Both the position numbers and the translations under genes were made by a program. A DNA stretch of 64,000 nt from Podarcis melisellensis. Lineage: Eukaryota. Positions within the stretch are counted from its first letter, which is position 1. Every line of letters begins with the position of its first letter. The stretch lies in the NCBI GenBank assembly GCA_964234715.1, contig OZ174286.1, one strand, 5' to 3'. Below the pieces are notes generated by a model. It worked only from the letters and a program-made list of their open reading frames with translations, was not told the origin of the DNA and ran no database searches. Shown here piece by piece: positions 35,554 to 48,272 of this stretch.

Positions 35554-38500
35554 TACTGTGTGGGATTCAAGGGCAGCTGCCTGGGCACCTGAAAATTTAA
35601 GATGAGCATTATCTCTTCCTAAACAGTCTGCAGCCACAGGCAGGCAGGCAGACCTGCTAACAGGACCTCTACTTTGTCCAGATAGGGTGTGCTTACATAT
35701 TAATAGGCAGAAACACATTTATACAGCTGCATCCACACTGTGACATTTTAAAATTTTTATTTTAAGAAAACAAACAAAAAGAATAGGCAGAGGTGGTCTC
35801 ATTAGCTAAGCTACATAAAACAGATATTTAAAAGAAGCATGTGGCTAACCTGGTTTCTGCTACTTTGGAAATGACCCTTCCTTCTCATTCTGGAAAATGA
35901 GACCTTAATAAAATATCCACCAAAGGAAAGCAGTTAAACAATACATATAAAGCACCAGGGTGCAAATGCTGTAATGATGTTAACTTCTAGAAGGGTTGCA
36001 TCAAAGACCCAAATGCTTACACAATTTTACATTGGAACTGGGCTGGACAACTAAAACATACTGGGCACTGGCACAGGAAAGTGTGCCAATTCTAGATATT
36101 ATTTTCAGCAACCCCAGTACAGATAATCAAGAGTTTCAGTCTGATTCTATACACTGACGAATTTCTCCAACTAAACTGTCCATTTCAGCTTCTCTCAACC
36201 TGTCATTTTTACAACCTTAAGTTTACTTCTCCACTTTTATTCTTATTAATAATATTTTTTTATTTGTACCCTGCCCATTGACTGGGCTGTCCCAATAACT
36301 CAGGGCAGCTTCCAACATAAATAAAAACATCAGTCTGAAATTTTATACTATTTTTAAGCCCTCACCAAAGTGTGTCAGGACTTTACTGTGGATTTCACCA
36401 AACATGCCCATGTTTGCATGTGATTTTGTCTAATTGACACATTTCTACAAGCAGTTCCCCATAGCAGAATGCATTTTGAACTTTATGTTCATTAATTTGT
36501 GCATTTTAAGCACCATATACCGATTCATGTATACATTTTTTTGGGGTTGAGGAACTGTATCACAAATTCGGAAAAAGTGCAAATTTCAAAGGTGGCCTGC
36601 ATTTTGGTTCACGTATTGTTTCAGGAAGTGATAATCAGGTCAAAACAATCAGAATTTGCCCCCCATTACTATTGCAAACCCGTCATTCTACAAGCCCCTA
36701 CTAGCCATAGTTGTGTCAGGATGTTTCAGGGTCAATCAGTGAATTATATTGCTCCTTCTAACTAACCTGGAAACAGCTTTGGTTAGCTACAGCTTGCATG
36801 TATCCATACAATTCAATGTATGGGCAGAATATTGATGAATGCACCCACAGAAACTTGGGGTTCCACCCTGAGACCTCCAGGTATAGGGAGGTATATAAAT
36901 TCAATAAATAAAAATTATAATAATTTTATTTTCTTTTTTCCAAGGATCTTGCAGATGATTTTTCTCATTTCATTGCCAGTTTATATAGAACATTTGTATA
37001 TAGAATGGGGAACATGATTTATCACCCATACGCTTGCAATATTTCATTTCACCATTTTTTGTAAGTATTAGAAACACTTATGATAAAGCCTGAACCATTC
37101 TTGGAAAATATCTAGAGGCTAGGACTTTAATCAGTTTTCAACTCAAATCACATAAAAGTGGATGCATGCACTGTTTATTATTCTCTCTCTTGCCTGCCCC
37201 CTATGCAGATGTGCCAATAAAAGGAATTGTGCATCCGTAAGAAAGTTGAGTTGCAGTAATTAATTTGTGCAATGAAAAGGTTTTGTTCTGGCTCTCCAGT
37301 GGATTAAATGAGCTTCATCTGCTGTTTTCAAAAGCTGGTTTCAGGGGGAATAGCAAAGGGAGTCAGAGGTGTTTTGGCGAGAAGAAGTTGGAGTTCCCAA
37401 ATAAAAAAAGGAAAAGAAAGACAGAAAAAAGGAGATTGTGTGTCACAAAATAAAAGCAGGGTTGCTGGTATAGCTTTATTGTAAACTTTGAAGTATAACA
37501 AGCCAGTCAGAAGACCTCTAGGTGTTGCATTTTCTCTCTCTCGTTCCCCTAACAAACCTTTTTCCATTCCTTCCTCCAAACAATGTCCCTTGGACATTGA
37601 CATTAAAGATGCCAAGAATTAAGGCATAGTGTGCAACAACTCAGACTGTCAAGAAAATCAACTCTTGCTCAGCAGAATTAAATAAACCAATAATTATTAT
37701 GGAACTGCCACATAAATCCTTGTACTTTTCTGGGGAAAATTAATTTTTATCAAGGACCCCTTCTTAGAGTTTCTCACCATTTCCCTACAAAAGCAGCTGG
37801 TGCTCCTCAGACAAGCTGCAAGACTAGACTGTTCTCGGAAGTGAAAATGCAAGAGGCAATTCCCGCCGCCCCTTCAGGAGTCCACCTAACATTTATTGCT
37901 TTGTGGTGCCATGTAAGGTCAACCCTCTCTGCAAGTTGCTTTTAAAAAAATTAAAAAACGGTGACACTACAGACCTTAACTCAGGCAAACCAAACATATA
38001 ACAGGAATAAAGTGGAAAGCAAGTGAGCCCACGGATAGTGAGTTTTATCTCGCCTCATCACTTTTCACCCTGATTACACCATATGAGAACAAACTTGGAA
38101 ACAAGAACAAACTTGGAGAGAATGTGATGATTGTGGAGCTCTGGGAAATGTTTTCTGGCAATTCCTGAGTTCTGTTCATTTTCAAGCACAGTATGCAGCT
38201 CTCATATAGTTCTCTCCCCACCCCGCCCCCACCCCGGTCAATGCTTTCTTTCTCGCTATTGTCACTCTAGCCATGAAGACACCAGTTAGTCTATTTCTCG
38301 CTTGTCATCCTGAAAATATTCCCGTTTCACTATTGAACAAGGTGCTGTAGTGATTACCTCCACCTTCAGAAAATGTTCTTTGCTTTACCTTAAAAAAAAA
38401 ATCCTTCTGAAATCATGTCCACCTCTTTCTCAAGGAATAATGGTGGTTTAGAGCCAGTGTGGCCCACTGTTTTAGACAAACTATACACTATAGACTTGCG

Positions 38501-38793
38501 TAGCTGTAGCCCCATTGGCCCCTGAAATGTGGAAGAGCTGGTTCCCAAGGGGGTGAACGGGAGCAGAGGAGCACTTAAGCCTTTCACAGACTGTTCTTTT
38601 CCCTGCAGCTTTCCCGCCTACCGCCCCCACCACCATAAGATGTTAAATGTGGAGAAACATGTGTGAGTCTCAGAAGGGTAGAAGCCAGAGGTCTGAATCT
38701 CCAAGAACAGGCCCTGTGAGAAATCTAGGAAGCAGTCAGTCAGTCAGTTTGACTGTGTGGCCTACTTTACAGAGTACAATCCTCCAATTGATG

Positions 38794-40040
38794 GAAGAAG
38801 AAGAAGAAGAAGTTTGGATTTGATATCCCGCCTTTCACTCCCTTTAAGGAGTCTCAAAGCGGCTAACATTCTCCTTTCCCTTCCTCCCCCACAACAAACA
38901 CTCTGGGAGGTGAGTGGGGCTGAGAGACTTCAAAGAAGTGTGACTGTGGAATACACAGGATGAGACAGTTAAATCCTCCATGATAAAGCGGGCGCAGGAT
39001 CTGGGGCATAACATTATGTTTGAAGACTGGGAAAGGTTATGGAACACCGGAATGAAATTTACGGCATGTAGTGCCTTGAAGGAAAACATTATGAAAATGA
39101 TATACCGGTGGTACATGACCCCAGTCAAGCTTGCAAAGATATACCACCTGTCGGACAACAAATGTTGGAAATGTAAGGAGGAGGAAGGGACATTCTTACA
39201 CCTCTGGTGGACCTGCCCGAAAGTGAAGGCCTTCTGGGAGATGATACATAATGAATTAAAAAAGGTACTCAGATTTACCTTACCTAAGAAACCGGAGGCC
39301 TTCCTCCTGGGCATGGTAGACCAGAGAGTGGTCAAGAAAGATAGAATTTTCTTTATGTACGCTACCACAGCAGCAAGGATCCTGATTGCAAAGTATTGGA
39401 AGACACAAGATCTACCCACGCTGGAAGAATGGCAGACGCAGTTGATGGACTATATGGAATTGGCCGAAATGACTGGCAGAATCCGAGAGTTGGGAGAAGA
39501 AACAACGGAGGAAGTCTGGGAAAAATTTAAGGACTATTTGAAAAAGCACTATAAGCTGTATGAATGTTAAAAAATGCTCTTTTTTGGAAACTATAGCTTC
39601 AGCATTTGTAAATTATTGAAATGGAAAATAAGGTAGAAGAAACTAGAGGTGGTGCAATGAAATAACTTTATTGTGTTGAAACTAAAAGTTTAAGGACTTG
39701 GGTTACAACGTTTTAGAGATTAGATATCACGATAAAATGAAAGATACATTATTGGGTTTGAAATAAGTTAACAAATTGCTGATGTTTTGAATTTACAGAG
39801 AATGCAGGGTTCGGAAGATGGGGGAAGTCCACTAGATCTATTGAAATTTGTAATTTGAAGTTGGATTTTGCATTTTATAAACTTAATAAAAATTATATTA
39901 AAAAAAAAACTAAAAAAAAACCAAAAAAGTGTGACTGGCCCAAGGTCACCCAGCAGCTGAATGTGGAGGAGCAGAGACGCGAACCCGGTTCCCCAGATTA
40001 TGAGACTACCGCTCTTAACCACTACACCACACTGGCTCTC
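38794..40040 (-). mobile_element. tRNA-derived Squam3-like SINE split by the L1 insertion (pieces 38794-38946 and 39927-40040)
   Basis: The two pieces rejoin into the reverse complement of the intact copy at 16049-16299, with a (CTT)n tail on minus. Confidence 0.88.
38947..39926 (+). mobile_element. 5'-truncated L1-type LINE (ORF2 C-terminus with CCHC zinc finger, 3' UTR, poly-A tail) inserted into a SINE
   Basis: ORF 38980..39570 contains CWKCKEEEGTFLHLWWTC. AATAAA near 39885 and an A-rich tail at about 39900-39926. TSD AAGTGTGACTG at 38936-38946 and 39927-39937. Confidence 0.9.
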
Positions 40041-40224
40041 AGTGTGACTCCCACTGGAGTCCTCTTCTTGAAAAGCTGTCCAGCCCAAGTCCAGTTTAAA
40101 CCACAATCAGAGACAGCAAAGGTATTGAAGTTGCCTATCAACTCGACAGCAGACCGAGCAGCCACAAGCGGCACCTGGTCACAGTCTTCCCCACTATGTT
40201 TGGTCTTTCTGCTTCAATTACAAG

Positions 40225-40435
40225 TGTGTTGTCATGGTCAAGAGTGTTGGGTTTGGCCTGAGAGACCAGGATTTCAAATCTCTACTCAGCCATGAAGCTC
40301 ACTGGGTGAAATTGGGCCTACCACTGTCTCTCAACCTCACAGGGTAGTTGTGAGGATAAAATGGGGAGCAGAAAACCAAGGGCATCACCCTGTGATCCTT
40401 GGAGGGAAAGGCTGAATATAAATGTAATTAATAAA
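40225..40435 (+). mobile_element. Old CORE-SINE (MIR/Ther1-like)
   Basis: CTCAGCCATGAAGCTCACTGGGTG and CTCACAGGGTAGTTGTGAGGATAAAATG core motifs. Confidence 0.6.
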
Positions 40436-41083
40436 TGCATAAATTGTTATTTATAAATTTGCATCTATGTGTAGAAATAGCCCAAGCACATTTTATGCAA
40501 GTTGGTGTCTTCCTCTTTTGGGGGGTAGAAGTAGTGGTGTATTTGCTATTTTCTTGGATGCTGCAGAAGTGGCCCCCTATAACCACTTCTGGAGGGGTGC
40601 AGTGAGCAAGGTGTTGTTGGGGAGAGCTAGGCATCCTACACTGCTCTTCTTAACCTAGCCTGCTCCTCTCGAGTGTGATGCACAATGTTGTCCCATCACA
40701 TATACTGAAGATTCAGCTGTCAGCCCAGTTGGTTTTGAATAGGTATCACCATTGTATCCTTCACATCAGGCTCTGCTGACCCCTATTTGCCCAACTGCAA
40801 AATGGGAAGAATAGTAACAGGCTTTGTTGGATTGCTTGATGGCTGAACCAAAGAACTGAAAACAAGCTGCAGGTTCTGAAAGACCTACATGTCCTAAAAT
40901 CAGGGTGATTTTTCTAGAAAAAGAGGTTCCAGAACTCACCACAAACACCTTTCCTGTTCTCTCACAATGGCAATGGTGCCCACCTGAGAGGTGCCAGAAC
41001 TGAGTTGTGGCTGAAAAAAAGCCCTGGCTAAAATAACTAAATAAGTCAAACTTTTCTCTTTTTTAAAAAAGCATCCATGAATA

Positions 41084-41462
41084 TGTTGGGATACTGCCAG
41101 GGAGACAAAGGCCATCATGCCCCCCACGCTGTCTCCGGACGATCATCGATCTCCCGTAGAAACGCAGTATTAGTCAATTAGTGACACAAGCCTCAGAAAT
41201 AGCATGCCACATTCCAAGACTAGTGCACTCCCTTTCAGCAGAGTTCCACAATGAAAGATGCACTCAGGAGAGCATTATTTACAACTTTATTCAGCGTTGG
41301 TCAGAACAAAGAAAAAACATGACTGCCTGTCTGCGTGTCCAGGCACAGAGAGAAAAACAACAGCTATATACAAAAGAGAAACTTCCTGTGAGCCGGAAGT
41401 ACGCAGACACTGTGACTCATAAAGCCTGCTCCCTTTTAAGGTGGAACGGAAATATCCTAACA
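41084..41462 (-). repeat. Copia 3' LTR (379 bp)
   Basis: Minus strand begins TGTTAGGATA and ends TATCCCAACA. A TATATA box lies near 41365-41370 and AATAAA at 41286-41291 on minus. Confidence 0.85.
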
Positions 41463-41499
41463 TCCTCCCCCTTTTCGTGTAACCTGTAGTACCTGTGGT

Positions 41500-42276
41500 T
41501 CAACCCAATTGCAACCTCTGTACATAAACCTTAAGTTGTTCTCTGTTAACAACCTTAGACAACAGATCAGCAGGAATTTCATTTCCTGGCATGTAGGACA
41601 CCTGAATGAGTCCTTTCTGAATACACTCTCTTGCACGATGTAGCTTAATCTGCAAGTAATTGGTTCTTTGCTTGCAACTCTCTGAGTTCAGCAAAGCCAA
41701 ACAGGATCTATTGTCTTGATACACTTGTATAGGACATTTCACAGAAACTCTGATGTCCTGAAACAGTTGCATCAACCATTCACAATCCATGAGTGAAAAT
41801 GATAGAGCATTGAGTTCTGCTTCACAGGAACTTAGGCTTACTGTCGTTTGCTTCTTGCACAGCCAGTCAAACAGACAGTGGTTATACATGTAGCATACTC
41901 CAGAGGTGCTTGTACCATCCGTGGTGTCACTTCCAAAACTAGCATCTGCAAAGATTTCAAGACCTCCAGTCTTCTGACTGGTGAACTTCAGCCTGTAGTG
42001 CAAAGTCCCTTTCAAATAGCGGGGTATGCGCTTCAGAGCCTTCCAATCCTGAACAGTAGGATTGTTGGCATGTCTGCTAAGCAGGTTAGTGCTTACAGCT
42101 ATGTCAGGTCTTGAGCATCTAGCAATGAAATTCAACTTGCCTAGAATGCATCTGTACAGCGTAGTGTTAGAAAACACTTCAGCAGTACTATCAACCTGGT
42201 AACCTGTCACCATCGGTGTGTCTGCTGGGTTTGCTTCAACCAAATTCAACCTGGTTAATACATCAGCAATGTACAA
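41500..42276 (-). pseudogene. Copia pol C-terminal fragment (RT thumb/connection and RNase HI), 258 open codons
   Basis: Motifs TPM, YRCILGKL, SRPDIA, LKRIPRYLKGT, FADASFG, STSG, LSSCEAE, YQDN and ADLLSK match Ty1/Copia RT-RNase H. The start is a breakpoint, not a true initiation site. Confidence 0.88.
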
Positions 42277-44400
42277 TCAGACCAACCCTACAACACAACC
42301 TTCACAACCATACCATGAGCAGCTAAAAACGCCCTACGAACATGAAATGTAGAAACACTGAGGTTTGAAATGTGGAATCATTGAGGTTTTGCATAATTGC
42401 TGCAAGAAACCTTAAAGGCAAGTACAAAGGTAGGGAATGAATTTGGCTCCTTTGCTTTTAAATAAATAGCCCTTGGGATACTCTTGCTGGAGCTATCACT
42501 TCGGAGCTCCCTGCTGACTCCAAACTAGCAGGCCTGGAACTTTTATCTCACACAGGAGAAGGCTGTGGTTGTAAAAGTAGCACTCAGCTTCAGTTCCCTC
42601 CACTGGCAATCTACTCAAGGGTATTCTGTTACATATCTACAAGAAAATGGGCTCTTTTGGAGGCCCCTACAAGGATGAAACAATCCCTGGGAAAACTTGT
42701 TTCCCCCAGAATGAAACATGGCACAAAACACACACACCCCTAATCTGTGCATCATTCTTGTGTACATAGAGAGCAAAAGAGAAGAACATGAGCCATTCAC
42801 TTAAGCAATAGAAAACGCCCCCTTTGAGAAGCAGGGGAACATATGGGGAACACAGGCCAATCCTGGAGGAAATCGGTAGACACTGTTCACCTACACATTT
42901 TTGGAGTTATAAAAATGTTAGTCTTTGCTAAAATGATGCTAAAACGACAGGTGTTCAACCATCCCAAGCTGCTTTTCAGATAAACCTTATGGGACAGTGT
43001 TCATGCTAGTTTTTAAAATGGCCCAATTTAAAAAGGGGAAAAGTTTTTGGCATTATCATCACTTAAGGTTCAGCCACTACTAAAACTTCCCAACCAGTAA
43101 AATTGCATTTTGATAGGTAAAGAATATTAGATTATGAAAAGTCAGCTAACGTCAANNNNNNNNNNNNNNNNNNNNNNNNNNNNNNNNNNNNNNNNNNNNN
43201 NNNNNNNNNNNNNNNNNNNNNNNNNNNNNNNNNNNNNNNNNNNNNNNNNNNNNNNNNNNNNNNNNNNNNNNNNNNNNNNNNNNNNNNNNNNNNNNNTTAC
43301 CCCCCCCCCTCCAATTCATTCCCATCAGACATGTAAGATTTTGTCCTGAGTTTCCTTTATCTTTGAACTGCAGGATTCTGTTAGGCAGGGAGCATTCAAG
43401 AGCTTTTGTTCAAATACTTGAGTGAGATTGCTTGTGTTTACCCTGATCTTACAACCTTCCTCCACTTCTGCCGCCTTCTCTCTCCCCACTCCCAAGACCA
43501 AGAACTTATTTTAGGATCCTGCAAAAGGAAAGTCATGGTAGCAGAGGGTATGGCTGGGGCTATTTGTGTCCATTTGTCCTCTCTGAGCTGTGCAAGCTGA
43601 TCAACTGACTGTCAGTCCTTGCAAAAACTTCACATGGTGTGCATTGGCCCTTGCAGGTGCCACCAGTTCCCTTCCTCCATTTATCTTAGCCTTCTCTCCA
43701 CACAATGCCATAGATGATGCTAGGTGCAGAGCAGGTGGGTGTGGCCAAAACAGCCTCATGGGCCAAATGGGGAGGCCTGCACTGAGCACTCAGGCCAAAG
43801 CACTTCTCAGGCCAAACTATGCAAGGCCTGTGAATCTTGATTGCCTGTAATCAACTATTTTCTACTGAGCTCCTTTTCTGACCTGTCAGGTTCTCCACTG
43901 GCTCCATTTTTAATTCACCAGTTTCCATTCTGGCTCCCCTGCCTCCATTCCTATGCCCCATCTTGGGAAGGCAGCGTCTGAAAATCAAATGTTTGCAGCT
44001 GTCATCCTTGCCGGACCCCTAAAAAGAATGCCTGCCCCATTCATTTTCTTTTGTAAAGTGAGCTTGAAGGAGGAGATGTCTCTTGCATTTGTTTTGCTTT
44101 GTTTTCTTTGTGCATTTAGAGGGTTTAAATGAGGGGTGTGTGTGAAGCCCACTAAAGGAATAAATTCCATTGGTAATTCTGTTTTCCTGCCTCCCCCAGA
44201 CAGATATATGCAGAAAATCCATTGCCCAAAGCAAAATTCCACTTGGGTCTCCGTCCTTCACTGCTTTTGCAATTGTTCTTTCTAATTCAGACCCACAGAT
44301 ATTTCAGCATGAGCATTTTAGCTCACAGCCACACTGGAAAGATTCAGACACAACTCTAAAACCCATGACAATGAATTACAAGAGCAAGGAGGCTGTGTCA

Positions 44401-44522
44401 TAGAATCTTCAAATCTTAGAACTGTGGAGTTGGAAGGGACCATGATTGTCATCTAGGCCAACTTCCTGCAATACAGGAATCTTTTGCCCAACATGGAACT
44501 CGAACCCACGACCGTGAGATGA
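44401..44522 (-). mobile_element. tRNA-head / CR1-tail SINE fragment
   Basis: GAGTTGGAAGGGACC...CATCTAG.CCAAC...GAACTCGAACCCACGACC, the reverse complement of the family at 48153-48272. Confidence 0.6.
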
Positions 44523-47500
44523 GCATGGTTTTGTTCCTCACTGTATGCTCCCTGCTCTCCTTTCACCATCTATCTTCCTTGTGCACTGGCCCCTCAAACA
44601 AGATGTATTCTGATGAGTATGTTTATATGTTTACGCATCTTTAAGGCTACATAATGCTAAACCATTAGCCATCCTCATTAACACGTACCAAGCCTGTGGT
44701 GCTATTGCAAAGCAAAGGTTGTAGCAGCAAACCATAATTCAAGAAAACTGGGGAATAAACTTTCCCAGTTTGAAAAGGAACTCGGCTAAAAGAAGTTGCC
44801 TTTGTAAATCTTAAAAAAGTGGTTTGGTATGGAAAGAGTTAGAATTCTGCAAGAAGGAAGAGATTTCAAGAATCCAACCTGAAAATAACAAGCTTTCCTT
44901 GGATAAAGAGGTGGCAGATTTGAAACAACAGCAATTCAGATTTTGATGGGGGTTTTTTGCCAATGTTTTGAGACATTTTCTATTTCGACAGAGCCACCAT
45001 TTTTGTTTTGCATTGCATTTTTGTTCATTTTCAAAGTAACTAGTTTAAATTATCCCCCCAAGTCTAGGTGTGCCCCCATTTTTTGCATCCCAATCACTGG
45101 GCATTTCCTCCTCTGCCCTACCTAGCCAAAACCAGTGTCTTAACTCTTCCTTTAATCTATCTGGATAAAAAATGATTTCATATCAGTAAGAGTTTTGACC
45201 ACTTACAGTCAAATCACTTTTTCTGTTTCCTTGCTTGCACGGTACCCCCTGTGTTCTGTCCTGTAATTCAGGAGTCCACTTCCTTTGAATTCCCTTCTCT
45301 ACATTTTAGGACATGGGCACAGCAACTGTAAAAATTATGGAGAGCGTATGTAACAGAAAATCCCTGACCCATAAAGAAAAATAGAAAGAAAGAGGATGTG
45401 GGAGCTAATCCATTAGAGTGAAATGAGCACTGTTCAGTCTGCCACCAGCCAGCTACCACCTGGTTGCCTTTTCACTTACAACAAGTCTGGGATGGTCCTT
45501 CTCCTCCTTAGTCTCAGTGTTGCCTCAGCATAATCCTAGCTGGGGAAAAGATGGGGACAAAGCTAGAATAAATTGGCTCTGGCTGTCATTGGCTCTGGCG
45601 CCACATACTGCTGGTCTTCCTACCTTCTGCCCATCCGGTCCCTAAGGACACCAGTCATCACTGAGTGTGGGGGTGTGGGGAGACCATGACTACGATAGTC
45701 AAGAAGGCATAGCAGCCATGGAGTAGGATGTTCAGTTAATGTCCCACACAGGGCTAGGCCTCTTATTTTGCTACAAGGGCATTCAGCCCAGGCTATCCGC
45801 CTAAGTAAACTGTTCAGTTAAATGGGCTAAATTGCTCTTTCATACACGAAAGGAAACGAAATCAAAGCATGTGGATATGGCAAGGCAGCCGCTTTCCTTG
45901 ACCACAAGCAAACCTCCACAGCATCAGAAGCCATTTGGAGAGCAGGAGCATGGCATAATTCTGAATGAAAAGACTGGGTTAATTTCAATGACGGACACAT
46001 GTGCTAAATTACCTCAGGGTGCATTGCCTCTGCCCTTTCAGATGAGATACCACCGGTCCAACTGTAGTAATTTTTCTGATAGCCATGTGGTTGAACTAAA
46101 CACCAAATGTGCTTGGCTCAGCTTCTAGTATTCTACCCTTATTCACTAACTGGGATTGAATGTGAACCAAGCTTTTAGGAGGTGATTGAAGCTGAACTCC
46201 AGCACCGAACCCTTGTGCCATCTAAACACTCTATTTCCCCCCAACTTTTTGATTGACCTCAGCAAAAGATTAATAAAAATATAGAAGTGGGTACCATTTG
46301 AGGTTGACCAGCTTAGACGGCGTACCTTAAAAGTAATTGAATCTTTGACAAGGCGTTTTCCACGATAGGCAAATTATGTATATGAAATCAAAACCCATTT
46401 CACAGAAACAGTGTGAGGCTGTGATTTTATGTTGCTTGTGTGTTTGGGGTCGATGTCAGGTGTGTTATGTCTGAATATAAAACCACCTCAACGCTGTGCT
46501 TTCCTGGACCACCCAAGAGTCCTGGGGGGTAGAGGAAAAGCAGGTTTTATAGATTTTGTGGTATATTTGCAGTGCAACGAAGGTATGCAGCAGATATAAC
46601 ATTTGCAATTATAAGTTCTGACATTGGTCAGAGCAGAAATTAGTGGTTTCGTTGTCAGCTGGTAAAGTTCTGAACTAGCTTTTTGCAAACTTGACCTGGC
46701 ATTCTTGACCCAATGCCAACTGTTTGCCCAGTCCTGACATGCATTACTTCATCAAGCAATTTCACCGTAAGAGGGAGGAGGAAAAAAAAGAGCTGTGCAG
46801 CTGCAATAGCAGAAAACTGGACATGAAAGTACTTTTGCGTATGCGGTAGCCCCTGGGTAGAGTACACAATACACTACACATTAAACTGTCTGAAACACCT
46901 AGGCTAAAATATAAGGAGAAATCTTTAGCATTGGCTGCTACAGTCAGTGACATGGATAAGATTAAATATCTGTTGTCCGGTTCATACAAGTTTGTAATGC
47001 TTAATATAGCTAAACTCACAGTAAAGGCTGCTCAGCATAGACTAGTTAGATGAGATTTAAGATTCTGCTCTTCATGCGAGTTTTATTTATTGCATAGATC
47101 ATGGTGTTGTTGTTTTTTATATGTATAATTCTTAGCTACATTTTAAATTTATATGCTACTGTTTGGCAACAACCTGTATTTGGCTGCCTTATTAATACAT
47201 ATGAATTTGGATGTGAAAGGCAGGTTTGATATCTTAAAGCAGCAGATCGGCGAGAGATACCACATTTATTTGATGAATTGGTTAAACTGTGGTGTCAATA
47301 GCCAGGAACCAAGAGGTTGTGTGGCTGTATCCAAAGGGCTGTTTCAGTGTGTTGGCATCTTTGCTATCCCCGAACCTGTGAATCCAACAGCAGTAACTTC
47401 TGCCCACTCCCTCCAGAAGAAACAGAATGGAACCTGGAATATGATGACACCAGCTGTCAGGGACAAGAAAAATCTACTGAGCACACTTCTATGGGTAGGG

Positions 47501-48152
47501 AACTGGATGCAACAAAGAGCTGGATCCAAGACTGGCCAAGCCTCCATGAGCCGCTTCGACATGTTGGTTGGGCTGCCTACCTATCAATCACTGAATGTGT
47601 CACATGGTTTCAGGTGGTTTTTAACTTCCTTCTACTGGTACAAAGGAAAAATGGGGAGTGCACTCTAAGGCCACATCCCACCATACATTTAGAGCACTTT
47701 GATAAGTCATGACTTCCCCCAAAGAATCCTGGGAGATGTAGTTTATGCTTTACAGAGCTACAATTTCCAGCACTCTTAAAAAAACTATGGTTCCCAGGAT
47801 TCTTTGGGGAAAGCCAGGCACTCTATATGTAAAGGTGTGGATGTGACCCAGCTGCACTTCCCCATTTTCCCCTTTGAATTCAAGCTGAGGCTGCAAAGGA
47901 AGTTTCTTCAGGCTCAGTTCAAATTTGGTGCTTTTTCTCAAGATGAGGTGCTGTGCAGGATGATATAAAAAGGTATCAAATTTTAAAAGCACAAAATTCA
48001 AGCTACAGCAGGAAAGGAAGAATCAGGAGCATTCTTCCTTTTGAATTTGGTACATCCACAAGTTAGCCTATCCCACCAGGTCAATGTGCCTTGACTGAAA
48101 TGACCTTGTTGGCCAAATGACGATGCTGGGGTAGGGGGGCTAATTAGCCCCA

Positions 48153-48272
48153 CAGGCTGGATAGCTCAGTCCCTAGACCATGAGACTCTTAATCTCAGGG
48201 TTCGAGCCCCACATGGGGTGAAAGATTCCTGCATTGCAGGGAGTTGGACTAGATGACTCTTGTGGTCCTTTT
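48153..48272 (+). mobile_element. tRNA-head / CR1-tail SINE fragment
   Basis: GGATAGCTCAGT...GACTCTTAATCTCAGGGTTCGAGCCCCAC head followed by the CR1-like tail GTTGGACTAGATGAC. A reverse copy lies at about 44401-44522. Confidence 0.65.

Larger units (their letters stand above)
41084..42276 (-). mobile_element. 5'-truncated Ty1/Copia LTR retrotransposon (end of RT, RNase H, PPT, 3' LTR)
   Basis: ORF 41500..42276 has Copia-type motifs. PPT AAAAGGGGGAGGA on minus at 41463-41475. The LTR 41084-41462 has near-perfect 10-bp terminal inverted repeats. No 5' LTR, gag or integrase is seen. Confidence 0.9.

Noticed and set aside
47153-47668. 171-aa ORF and overlapping 131-aa ORF
   Set aside because: No recognisable motif or splice context; consistent with chance intronic ORFs.
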